A stretch of 64,000 nt of DNA, taken from positions 1,416 through 65,415 of the forward strand of contig JAGOTL010000003.1 of the NCBI GenBank assembly GCA_018061805.1. The letters are read 5' to 3'. Positions 38,116 through 46,475 of the stretch are shown in pieces (position 1 is the first letter of the stretch; the number at the start of each line of letters is the position of its first letter). This DNA is from Candidatus Babeliales bacterium (GTDB lineage: Bacteria > Babelota > Babeliae > Babelales > Chromulinivoraceae). A program made the translations under genes and the position numbers. Under the pieces are notes generated by a model, which saw only the letters and a program-made list of their open reading frames with translations, was not told the origin of the DNA and ran no database searches.

Positions 38116-38994
38116 ATGAAAAAGTGTTTAACGTTTATATTGTTGAGTAGTATTGGTATGCATGTTGATGCAGCCGATTTTTTTATTAATGCAGCCGATT
38201 TTTTTAAAGGTTTTAAGCAGGGCGTCAAGCAGGTTGTAGAATCTCATCGACATTATGTTTTTGATGAAAAAGCAGCTAAAGAAAATATAGTTTTTTCTAA
38301 TGGTAAAAACCTTAAAACACTTGAGGCTGAATTACAATCTAAATATCAAGGCACACCTATTTTTAGAGTGGTTAAAGACTATGGTTGTTTTACAGATGGT
38401 ATGCAGCACAAGGTTCTAAATCCTGCATATTCATGGCTCGATTACTCTCAACAAGACTTTGAAGAACAAAAATCAAGAAAAACAGGTGTTGTTTTAATGC
38501 CTGAAATGATCAATCAAATGAGTTATGATAGTGCAAACTTTATTACGTCTCATGAATTAGGCCATTCGCAATTGCCGTATGCGATACCGGTTATTTCAGC
38601 CTTGGCAAATATATCTTATTGGCCAATTGCTTATTATTGGAAAAAACGTTTTGGAGCAGGACCTTATAGAAATAGGCTCACAAAACACACATCAAAATTA
38701 CTTGCAGCTTATGGGATAACAACTTTTGCCAGCGGTGTAGCAGTAAATCTAGAAGAGCGTCGTGCAGATAATTTTGCGATAAAGCATTCAGATGCAAAAG
38801 CATTAAAAGGTGGCATAGAGTATCTTAAAACATCAAAAAATTCATTGCAAAATGAATATCAGAAACATGCGGTGTCTCGGTTTTTGCCTTTTAGTATAGG
38901 ATGGAAATATCTCGATCCTACTCATCCAAGTTTGGATAGTCGTATTGCAAAAATAGAACGCGCACTACATAAACGTTTTGCTAAAGATAATTAA
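38116..38994 (+). CDS. M48-family zinc metallopeptidase (secreted/periplasmic)
   Basis: Signal peptide MKKCLTFILLSSIGMHVDA. HELGH zinc motif. Downstream EERRADNFA and DPTHPSLDSRIAKIE, matching the M48 HExxH...ExxAD...HP..RI layout. In-frame 21-bp tandem duplication gives AADFFIN/AADFFKG. Confidence 0.75.
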   Translation: MKKCLTFILLSSIGMHVDAADFFINAADFFKGFKQGVKQVVESHRHYVFDEKAAKENIVFSNGKNLKTLEAELQSKYQGTPIFRVVKDYGCFTDGMQHKVLNPAYSWLDYSQQDFEEQKSRKTGVVLMPEMINQMSYDSANFITSHELGHSQLPYAIPVISALANISYWPIAYYWKKRFGAGPYRNRLTKHTSKLLAAYGITTFASGVAVNLEERRADNFAIKHSDAKALKGGIEYLKTSKNSLQNEYQKHAVSRFLPFSIGWKYLDPTHPSLDSRIAKIERALHKRFAKDN

Positions 38995-39002
38995 AGGTTA
39001 AA

Positions 39003-39055
39003 AATAGACAAGCTCGTGCACTTGAAGAGCGCAATAGATTAGAGCGTTAAAAGTA
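39003..39055 (+). repeat. 53-bp perfect direct repeat, copy 2 (non-coding relic of a gene 3' end)
   Basis: Identical to 38032..38084. Lies in the intergenic space after the M48 gene and is not attached to any ORF. Confidence 0.95.
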
Positions 39056-39121
39056 AAAATAATATTACTGTAAAAAAATTACAGTGTAAAAATTGTCGTT
39101 AGGTATATACGTGGAGGTTAT

Positions 39122-39907
39122 ATGTATATAAAAAAATGTTTCATGTTGATTGTTTGTTTGCTTAGTTTAGAGCAGACAGTTGTGAGTAGTGTGAAATACT
39201 ATGAAGTAAAAGAATTTTTATCTGAGCGTGCGTATTCGACATTAAATGCAGCTGATAAGAGCGCTGCAGTTTTGGCTGGAATCATGGGTTGTATTCTTGT
39301 AGGTGCAGCATGTAAAGAGGCTTACACTGAATTATCAAGAAAACTATCACGCAATAAGGATCTTGCAAACAGCATACAGCAAGCAGAAGCTGTTTATAAT
39401 CAATATCAACAGCGTATCAATGATGCCATTGAACAGATAAAAACTGTTTATGGAGTAGTGTCTTTTGTGAAATGTGAAAAAACAATGAGTGAATTATACA
39501 AATCGCACATAGGTGTTAATGGAATGTATGATGAAGTGTGTGCAGCGCGCACAAATTTTTCAAATTGTTATTATTCAGAAAAGCGTTCAAAACAGGTACA
39601 AGATACATATGACAAACTCACAGATTTGCAGAAGAAAGTTACTGTTTTAAAAGATATTTATAGATTTTGTTATATAATAACAGTGCATGATCGTTCAGAT
39701 TTAATAAATGCTATTAATAGACATTATATACAGTTTAGCGATTATCCGTTGGTACATTGTATGCAGGAGCTTAGAGTTCAGTTGCATTATTTATCCGAGA
39801 AGGGCGGTGGTAGTTTTGAGCAAATTTTAAAAAGTATGATTCCAAAAATTGCGCATTCTGTTGAGTATAAAAAAGAGCTTGAGGCGTATAACACGTCTAA
39901 GTGTTAA
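39122..39907 (+). CDS. Membrane protein, paralogue of 37255..38079
   Basis: Signal plus Gly/Ala TM (AAVLAGIMGCILVGAA). Conserved SDYPLVHCMQELRVQL...SVEYKKELEAYNTSK, colinear with the paralogue. Confidence 0.7.
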   Translation: MYIKKCFMLIVCLLSLEQTVVSSVKYYEVKEFLSERAYSTLNAADKSAAVLAGIMGCILVGAACKEAYTELSRKLSRNKDLANSIQQAEAVYNQYQQRINDAIEQIKTVYGVVSFVKCEKTMSELYKSHIGVNGMYDEVCAARTNFSNCYYSEKRSKQVQDTYDKLTDLQKKVTVLKDIYRFCYIITVHDRSDLINAINRHYIQFSDYPLVHCMQELRVQLHYLSEKGGGSFEQILKSMIPKIAHSVEYKKELEAYNTSKC

Positions 39908-39938
39908 TTATAAACATAAGCTTTATTTTAAGAAATTT

Positions 39939-39977
39939 AAAAATAGTGCCATCGTAAAGGTGGCACTATTTTTTTGA
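39939..39977 (+). terminator. Rho-independent terminator
   Basis: Stem aaaaatagtgcca / tggcactattttt with 9-nt loop, followed by a T-run. Confidence 0.75.
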
Positions 39978-40044
39978 ACTGATGCGTGGTTGTTTCTGAC
40001 TGTTTGTGATACACTACGTATTACAAATAAGCTTAGAGATTTTT

Positions 40045-42015
40045 ATGTTAGTACACGTTCGATTATTGCATTATGCATCCAAAATATTTACGTATCATGT
40101 ACCCGATCAGTGGCATAGTGATATTGATCGTGGTGTTTTGGTGCAGGTACCGCTTGGAAAGCAAATTGTGCCTGCAGTGGTTGAAAAAATAGCAGACGCT
40201 GATCAAACATTTTCTTTTGCAATACGATCTATTTCGGCAGTGTTTCCATTTCCTCATGACCCACATTTTATGCCATTTATTGCACAGGTTGCATCATACT
40301 ATCAGATAGAACAAGTGGTTTTGTTGAAGCGTTTACAGCTTTTTTTGGCAGAGACTCAGGTGCAAGAGGCGGTTGCTGATGTGCAGGTTCAAGATGTACA
40401 ATCGTTGGCACAGATACAATATACTAATGAGCAGCAGTTAGCTTGTGACACCATGATGCCGGCCGTTGAACAGCAGCGACATGAAACATTTGTACTTCAT
40501 GGAGTGACGGGTTCTGGTAAAACAGAAGTATATAAAAAATTAATTCAGAATGTACTTGAGCAGGGTAAAGCTGCTGTTGTGATGTTACCTGAAGTTTCTT
40601 TGGCGCTTCGATTTGAGCATATTTTTAAAAAAAGCTTTGCGCAGACATTGGTCGTTGGTTTTCATAGTGCTTCAACGGCATCATCTAAAAAAACATTGTG
40701 GCAAGCGTTGTTACATCAAACCCCTATGATTATAGTCGGTGTTCATTTACCGGTATTACTTCCGATTCAACACTTAGGACTCATCATTGTAGATGAGGAA
40801 CATGATCATGGGTATCAAGAAAAAAAACACCCAAAATTGCATTCCAAGGATATGGCGGTACTTAAAGCTTCGTTGTATAAGGTGCCTATAGTTCTTGGTT
40901 CTGCTACGCCAAGTTTATCCACATTGTGGAATGTGAACGCTCGCGGTTGGAAATTGTGCAGTATGACCCAACGTTATGCAGGTGCTTTTCCAAAAATACG
41001 TTTAGTGTCTTTAAAAAGGGGACAAAAGAAACAGTCTGGATGGCTACACAATGAGCTATACTTTGCGCTGCAAGATCGTTTACAGCGTGGCGAGCAGGCT
41101 ATTGTTTTTTTAAACAGACGAGGATACAGCTTTTTTGTGCAGTGTCCGTGTAGCTTTGTGTTTGAGTGTCATCAATGTTCAGTAAGCTTAACGCTGCATC
41201 AAGGCAACAAGCTTGTGTGTCACTATTGTGGTTATAATACCATGCTTGCAGCACAGTGCCCAACATGCCATGGCCATAGTGATGAATTTATTAAGCAAGG
41301 AATAGGTACTCAGCAAGTAGTTGCATTGTTGCAAAAACTTTTTCCACAAGCCCGCATTGCTCGAGCAGATTTAGATACAACATCAAAGAAAAAAAGTTGG
41401 TCACAGACTGTTGAGGCAATGTATGATAAGCAGATTGATATTTTAGTGGGGACACAATCGATTACAAAGGGATATCATTTCCCAGGAGTGACACTGGTAG
41501 GTGTTTTGTGGGCAGATTTGAATTTGCATTTTCCGATATATAATGCTGCAGAAACAACATTACAACAACTTATACAAGTGGCAGGCAGAGCTGGTCGACA
41601 ATCACATGATAGCTTGGTAGTTATTCAATCATTTGATCAGCATCCTATCTTTGATTTTATAGATGAAACAAAATACCTGCGTTTTTATGAACATGAAATT
41701 CAATTGCGCGCTCAAGCAGGTTATCCACCATGTCAGCACATTGCAGAGATTGAAATAAAATCAGATAACGGGCCACAGCTTTCTTTAGATAGTGCGTTTA
41801 TAGCACAACGCATGAAAGAAATTATTGCACAAAAAGGGTACGCAGTCGACGTGCTTGGTCCGGTGCAGTCACTTGTCTATAAAATCAAAAAAACATACAC
41901 CTATAAAGTTTTGCTCAAATCTACATCTCGTATCGATATGATTAAGCTGTTTCATGAATTAAAACAGTACCCTGTAGATTCTAAGGTCTATTTTACCGTT
42001 GATCCTGTTGCATAG
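40045..42015 (+). CDS. priA: Primosomal protein N' (PriA helicase)
   Basis: Walker A GVTGSGKT. DEEH box (IIVDEEHD). Cys-rich zinc-binding insert (CPCSFVFECHQCS...CHYCGY...CPTCHG). Start at ATG 40045 (MLVHVRLL), which gives the usual PriA N-terminus. Confidence 0.93.
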   Translation: MLVHVRLLHYASKIFTYHVPDQWHSDIDRGVLVQVPLGKQIVPAVVEKIADADQTFSFAIRSISAVFPFPHDPHFMPFIAQVASYYQIEQVVLLKRLQLFLAETQVQEAVADVQVQDVQSLAQIQYTNEQQLACDTMMPAVEQQRHETFVLHGVTGSGKTEVYKKLIQNVLEQGKAAVVMLPEVSLALRFEHIFKKSFAQTLVVGFHSASTASSKKTLWQALLHQTPMIIVGVHLPVLLPIQHLGLIIVDEEHDHGYQEKKHPKLHSKDMAVLKASLYKVPIVLGSATPSLSTLWNVNARGWKLCSMTQRYAGAFPKIRLVSLKRGQKKQSGWLHNELYFALQDRLQRGEQAIVFLNRRGYSFFVQCPCSFVFECHQCSVSLTLHQGNKLVCHYCGYNTMLAAQCPTCHGHSDEFIKQGIGTQQVVALLQKLFPQARIARADLDTTSKKKSWSQTVEAMYDKQIDILVGTQSITKGYHFPGVTLVGVLWADLNLHFPIYNAAETTLQQLIQVAGRAGRQSHDSLVVIQSFDQHPIFDFIDETKYLRFYEHEIQLRAQAGYPPCQHIAEIEIKSDNGPQLSLDSAFIAQRMKEIIAQKGYAVDVLGPVQSLVYKIKKTYTYKVLLKSTSRIDMIKLFHELKQYPVDSKVYFTVDPVA

Positions 42016-42129
42016 ATAGTCATACCTATTGTATAGATTGCTTTATTAATTACTTGTATTGATTTTTTATGTTGTAACATAATTATAATCTATAGCTTGA
42101 GTAGTTTTGATCATGCAAGAGGGTAGTAG

Positions 42130-44094
42130 ATGATTATTCAAATGATAGTATTACTATGTTTGCATTTTTCATATTTTTTATGTGCTTATCATAATGATGA
42201 ACCTACATTTCACGTTCATGGTACGATTGGGCGTGATATTGATACATTGCATAATGATGCAACACACAATTCTGAACCCAATTCTTTAGTTCACGTTGTT
42301 CAGTCTAATACGCGACCAATGAGTCAGTCAGAGTATAACCAACTTTGTAAGCAAGCAGTAGAGTTTGATGCGTATTGCAAAATGACATATGGCATGAATG
42401 CGCGTTCGCTAGAACATTGTATGTATCAAAAACCAGAAGCATTTATAGCGGATTTGTTGAGCAGAGATTATTTGCCTGATGTTGCTGTACTCGAGTTGCT
42501 TGCTATGTATAAGTATCGCCATGGTTATGAAGGTAAAAAAGAACATAAGATAGCACACCTTGTCAAAAAGGTTCAACAAGAGTTACAAAATCGAGAAAAG
42601 CAGCGCTTAGCTGCTTATACGGTTCAACCACAGCAATTAGTTCAATCACAAAAAAGTATACAACCAACGCAACAAGAATCTGCACAAAAACAAGCGCACA
42701 ATATTAAATCATTAGAACAAAAATATTCATCGTCAATGTTGTGTCATTCTTCTTATGGCTCATCATATCACAATGATCGACAACATGCTTTGCAGCACAC
42801 GCAAGCGCAAAGCTATGCAAAAACAGAGCAAACACATGAGCTTGATGCACAAACAGCGGGAATGCTTGAAGCTCACGGCATAGATAGTAAAAAATTTCAG
42901 AGTTTATCGGGAACAGTTTTTCAACATCAATTGTTTAAAGAATGTGCTGATCATTATAAAAAAGCAGCAATTGCTGTGTTTGAACAAGGACTTAAAAATA
43001 GTGGTATTGTTGCGCATGTCATTGAAATTACTAACGTAGCTTTTGCAAGTACGCAGCAGGAATCATGTGCATGGGCGGTAACGTTAAGTGACATAGCGGA
43101 AGTTTTGGCTGATACATCGCTGTCGCTGTGTAAAGGGTTGATTGAGTCTGGATGTAGCACCCTTGAAATCATTTGTAATCCAAAACAGTTGGTAGGGGCG
43201 ATGACAAGAGGTATGCAGTTTTTGGGAGGAGCTCTTGCCGCATATGATCAGCAACCAACTGTTGGGGTCGTACACTTGCAAGCGTGTCAGCAAGCATTTG
43301 CAGATGATGTTGTTTTGTTTAATCAGATGTGTGATCTGTCTAAAAAACATTTTATAGAATGGTGTCACAATAGTAGTGATCAAGAAAAGATACAAGAAGT
43401 AGTTAAGTTGGTTACAGATTTTACGATCACACCGTGGGTTGTTGGAAAAACAGTTAATGTGATAGGTAGAATTTTTTGTGAAGCGCAAAGCCTGGTTAAG
43501 TTTGGTCGCATAGTAGATTTGGCAGAAGAGTTAGGCTTAGGTTTTGAGCAAGCGCAGGAGTTGCTGTATGCAACTCAAGAAGGTTTGCAGCAGGTGCCAA
43601 CAACAGTTGCAGAAGTTGAAACAGTGGTAACGAGCTTGATAGAAAGTGAAGGGTTGTTCATAGAGTTGCAGAGCGAAGTTGCAGTGGTGATAGAAGAGGT
43701 TATAGAAATAGATGTTATAAGCAAAACAATTCAGGAGTTAAAGCAAACAGCTATAGTTCAATGTGAGATAGATACTTTGCGTTTATTAGAAAAAAATTTG
43801 GAAATAGCACAAAGTAGATCATTAAAGTCTATACGAATGCGAAAACTGTCCGATGGAAGAATAAGATATTATAGCGCAGAGACACCGGCTTTGAAAGTAG
43901 GCCCTACGCGTGGTTCTGCGTATGTAGCAGAATATGATTATAGGAGAGGTGTTGTAAGGGGTTGGTATGAAAGTTATGATTATATAGGTAATGTCAACAG
44001 AGTGCATCCTAAAATGTTAAATGGTAAGCAAGTCGATTCATTACATTACCCTCACACAAAAAAAGAATTAGAAATGCTTGCTCATAAAAATTAA
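42130..44094 (+). CDS. Sec-signal protein with compact basic C-terminal module (candidate secreted toxin/effector)
   Basis: GAGGG RBS. Hydrophobic N-terminus MIIQMIVLLCLHFSYFLCA. Q-rich linker. Helical Cys-containing body. Acidic V/E-rich stretch. Then the Arg/Tyr/Gly-rich last ~95 aa (RMRKLSDGRIRYYSAETPALKVGPTRGSAYVAEYDYRRGVVRGWYESYDYIGNVNRVHPK). Confidence 0.75.
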   Translation: MIIQMIVLLCLHFSYFLCAYHNDEPTFHVHGTIGRDIDTLHNDATHNSEPNSLVHVVQSNTRPMSQSEYNQLCKQAVEFDAYCKMTYGMNARSLEHCMYQKPEAFIADLLSRDYLPDVAVLELLAMYKYRHGYEGKKEHKIAHLVKKVQQELQNREKQRLAAYTVQPQQLVQSQKSIQPTQQESAQKQAHNIKSLEQKYSSSMLCHSSYGSSYHNDRQHALQHTQAQSYAKTEQTHELDAQTAGMLEAHGIDSKKFQSLSGTVFQHQLFKECADHYKKAAIAVFEQGLKNSGIVAHVIEITNVAFASTQQESCAWAVTLSDIAEVLADTSLSLCKGLIESGCSTLEIICNPKQLVGAMTRGMQFLGGALAAYDQQPTVGVVHLQACQQAFADDVVLFNQMCDLSKKHFIEWCHNSSDQEKIQEVVKLVTDFTITPWVVGKTVNVIGRIFCEAQSLVKFGRIVDLAEELGLGFEQAQELLYATQEGLQQVPTTVAEVETVVTSLIESEGLFIELQSEVAVVIEEVIEIDVISKTIQELKQTAIVQCEIDTLRLLEKNLEIAQSRSLKSIRMRKLSDGRIRYYSAETPALKVGPTRGSAYVAEYDYRRGVVRGWYESYDYIGNVNRVHPKMLNGKQVDSLHYPHTKKELEMLAHKN

Positions 44095-44103
44095 GGAAAA
44101 ACA

Positions 44104-44349
44104 ATGTATACGCAACAACAGTTTGGACGAGAGTTGAAAGAAAAAATTAAAAAGGGATCATCCCCTTCAGAAATAGGGTCATGGGCTCATGCAACGTATT
44201 ATGAATATTTATCTCAAATAGACCTAGATTTTGGAGAATTTTTATTGCAACTAGGCACTATGGAAATGGGTCCTGAATTTGAATTATCATATGAAAAATT
44301 ACATGAAATTGCAGATAGGTTGATAGCTGGCCAAGAAGTTAAGTTGTAA
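44104..44349 (+). CDS. Small acidic protein (81 aa), candidate cognate immunity protein
   Basis: Starts 10 nt after the stop of the 654-aa gene, with its own AAGGAA RBS. Acidic, no signal peptide. Paralogue at 44942..45187. Confidence 0.7.
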   Translation: MYTQQQFGRELKEKIKKGSSPSEIGSWAHATYYEYLSQIDLDFGEFLLQLGTMEMGPEFELSYEKLHEIADRLIAGQEVKL

Positions 44350-44405
44350 TCTAGAAATTATGATAAAAAATTTTATGTTCAGTATTGTTGAAGTTTTTCT
44401 AATTT

Positions 44406-44945
44406 ATGATTAAGCGAATTGTTTATGAATCTTCAGAAAGATATGGTTATTGGCAAGTGGCAAATGGTATAGCGCATGGTAAAAATGATATAGCTATGCT
44501 TTATCTGTCATTTAAATTACAGCATTCGGAGTGGGTTTTTGTTGATAAAGGCCATGATGAAGTGATTATAGTCAGCGAATTGACCAAAGAAGAGTATTTT
44601 AATGAAGAAGATCTTCCTACGTTGATTATGTCGCGAAAAAATTATGATGAAGTTATTAACGCATTGAATGAAAATCGTAATATGCCTAAGCAATATTTGG
44701 TTTTATCTCAAGATGATTTTGGGTGGATTTATTTAGAAGCAAAGGATGAATTATCTGAGCTGGATCTGATTTCCATCGAGCAAGATCAAAAAGCTGGGCA
44801 GGAGTGGGAAGTTGCGTGGAAAAAAAGAGCAAGTGAACATAAAGTGAAGCAGTTATTAAGATATTGGCATTATGAATTACGATGCTTAGCGATAAAAGTA
44901 TATAAAAAAGTGCGAGAATTTTTTGAAGATTTGTTTTTAATATGA
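44406..44945 (+). CDS. Acidic cytoplasmic protein of unknown function (179 aa)
   Basis: Clean ORF with an ATGA overlap to the next 81-aa gene. No obvious RBS and no recognisable motif. Confidence 0.55.
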   Translation: MIKRIVYESSERYGYWQVANGIAHGKNDIAMLYLSFKLQHSEWVFVDKGHDEVIIVSELTKEEYFNEEDLPTLIMSRKNYDEVINALNENRNMPKQYLVLSQDDFGWIYLEAKDELSELDLISIEQDQKAGQEWEVAWKKRASEHKVKQLLRYWHYELRCLAIKVYKKVREFFEDLFLI

Positions 44946-45187
44946 ATATAAAAAAACAATTTGGGCATGAGCTTAAAAAATATGTACAAACTAAAAAAAC
45001 AATATCTGCAATAGGTCATTTTGCATATTCTTATTATTTAGCAAACATTATGGATATTGATAAAGAATTTAGAAGATTTTTAATTGATTTGAGTACTATG
45101 GAAGATGGTTCTGAATTTGAATTATCATATGAGAAATTACATGAAATTGCAGATAGGTTGATAGCTGGCCAAGACGTTAAGTTGTAA
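44942..45187 (+). CDS. Small acidic protein (81 aa), paralogue of 44104..44349
   Basis: Same length. The C-terminal ~30 aa are nearly identical (TME.G.EFELSYEKLHEIADRLIAGQ.VKL). N-terminal two-thirds diverged. Confidence 0.7.
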   Translation: MNIKKQFGHELKKYVQTKKTISAIGHFAYSYYLANIMDIDKEFRRFLIDLSTMEDGSEFELSYEKLHEIADRLIAGQDVKL

Positions 45188-45249
45188 TTTAACACTATGA
45201 TAATTAAATTTTATTGCAGTTGCCCAGAAAACTTTTAAAGTCGTTGTTA

Positions 45250-45819
45250 TTATGTTGTTTGTACAGGTAAAGGATCTGGGATGGTAATAAAATTATTTTT
45301 ATAAAATTTTAATTCTTCTATTGATTCTTTAATATCATCAAGTGCTCGGTGAGTATTATTTTTTTTGAAGACAATATCTTTCCCTGCCCACTGGCTGATC
45401 ATAACTTTAAATGCAGTAACATCAACAGTGCGATAGTGTAAAAAATCAACAATGAGTGGCATTTCTTTGTTTAAAAAAAGTTTGTCAAACCACACGGTGT
45501 TTCCACATAAAGGAGCATTTCCTTTTTGGCAATGTTGTTCGATAAACTTTAAAATTTCTTCTTCAGCTTGCTCTGTTGTGATGCTTGACTGTTTGCTTGC
45601 TTGAATAAGTCCTGATGCGCCATGCGTTTCAATACACCAAGGATTCATGTTTTCTAAAACTTCATCAGGTTGATGAATTACCAAGTTTGGACCAGTTGCA
45701 ATGATGTTAAGTTCAGCATCGGTAACAATTGCAGCTATCTCTAAAATAACATCACGATGATAGTCGAGTCCTGTCATTTCTAAGTCGATCCACACCAAAG
45801 TATTGTGTTTATGTTTCAT
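45250..45819 (-). CDS. orn: Oligoribonuclease
   Basis: 189 aa DEDDh exonuclease: LVWIDLEMTGLD, ILEIAAIVTD, HRALDDIKESIEELKFY. Confidence 0.9.
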   Translation of the reverse strand: MKHKHNTLVWIDLEMTGLDYHRDVILEIAAIVTDAELNIIATGPNLVIHQPDEVLENMNPWCIETHGASGLIQASKQSSITTEQAEEEILKFIEQHCQKGNAPLCGNTVWFDKLFLNKEMPLIVDFLHYRTVDVTAFKVMISQWAGKDIVFKKNNTHRALDDIKESIEELKFYKNNFITIPDPLPVQTT

Positions 45820-45839
45820 ACATGATCCTTAGGGAAACG

Positions 45840-46316
45840 TTAAGATTTTTTTTGTCTTGCTATTTCGTCTTTGAACTTTTCGTCAAATGTCATAACAGTT
45901 TTTTTGGGAGATATTTTTTTCCCAGTGCGCATTATTGCTTGAGGCGTTATGGGTACTTGTGTTTCGTTATCATCTTCCCAGGGAGTTCCAAAGTCGGACG
46001 TTTGGCTTTGTTGTTTATAAGCTTTTGAAGAATCGCATTGTTCAAGATACTGAGCCGTTACCACAACGCGTATAGAGCTAAAAGATCTTTCTAAAAAGTG
46101 AGGCGTTTGATTTATAGGTGATGTCTCTTTTTTTTCATATCCGATAGAGTCATTAAGGATAGTGTCAGGAGATGTTTGTGGTTGGTTTGATGACGTTATA
46201 TTGAAAGATGTATTAAATGCTTGTTCAAATTCCATGTCACCAAGGATGCTTGCAGAAGAATAGGCACAAGAAGAGGATAAAAATAGTGCCAAAAATAGAT
46301 GTAAGAAATGTTTCAT
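45840..46316 (-). CDS. Small secreted protein of unknown function
   Basis: Start taken at ATG 46316 (MKHFLHLFLALFLSSSCAYSSA, signal peptide). Ser/Thr/Gln-rich. 20-nt gap to orn. Confidence 0.55.
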   Translation of the reverse strand: MKHFLHLFLALFLSSSCAYSSASILGDMEFEQAFNTSFNITSSNQPQTSPDTILNDSIGYEKKETSPINQTPHFLERSFSSIRVVVTAQYLEQCDSSKAYKQQSQTSDFGTPWEDDNETQVPITPQAIMRTGKKISPKKTVMTFDEKFKDEIARQKKS

Positions 46317-46475
46317 AAAAGACCTAAGTAAAGTAAAGCTATATATTAAGAATACCATTCTTAAGCCTTTTTAACAAATTTTGTCGTAAGATGATAGGTT
46401 AACAATTTAAAAAATAGAAGAGAACTGTTACACTAGTGCTTATAAATCTTGATCTGTATAAGCTGTGGGGTATTT

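Noticed and set aside
38032-39055. The 53-bp direct repeats as ends or target-site duplication of an insertion sequence
   Set aside because: The enclosed segment encodes only an M48 peptidase. It has no transposase or integrase and no terminal inverted repeats, and 53 bp is far longer than usual target duplications. I interpret it as a recombination or duplication scar instead.
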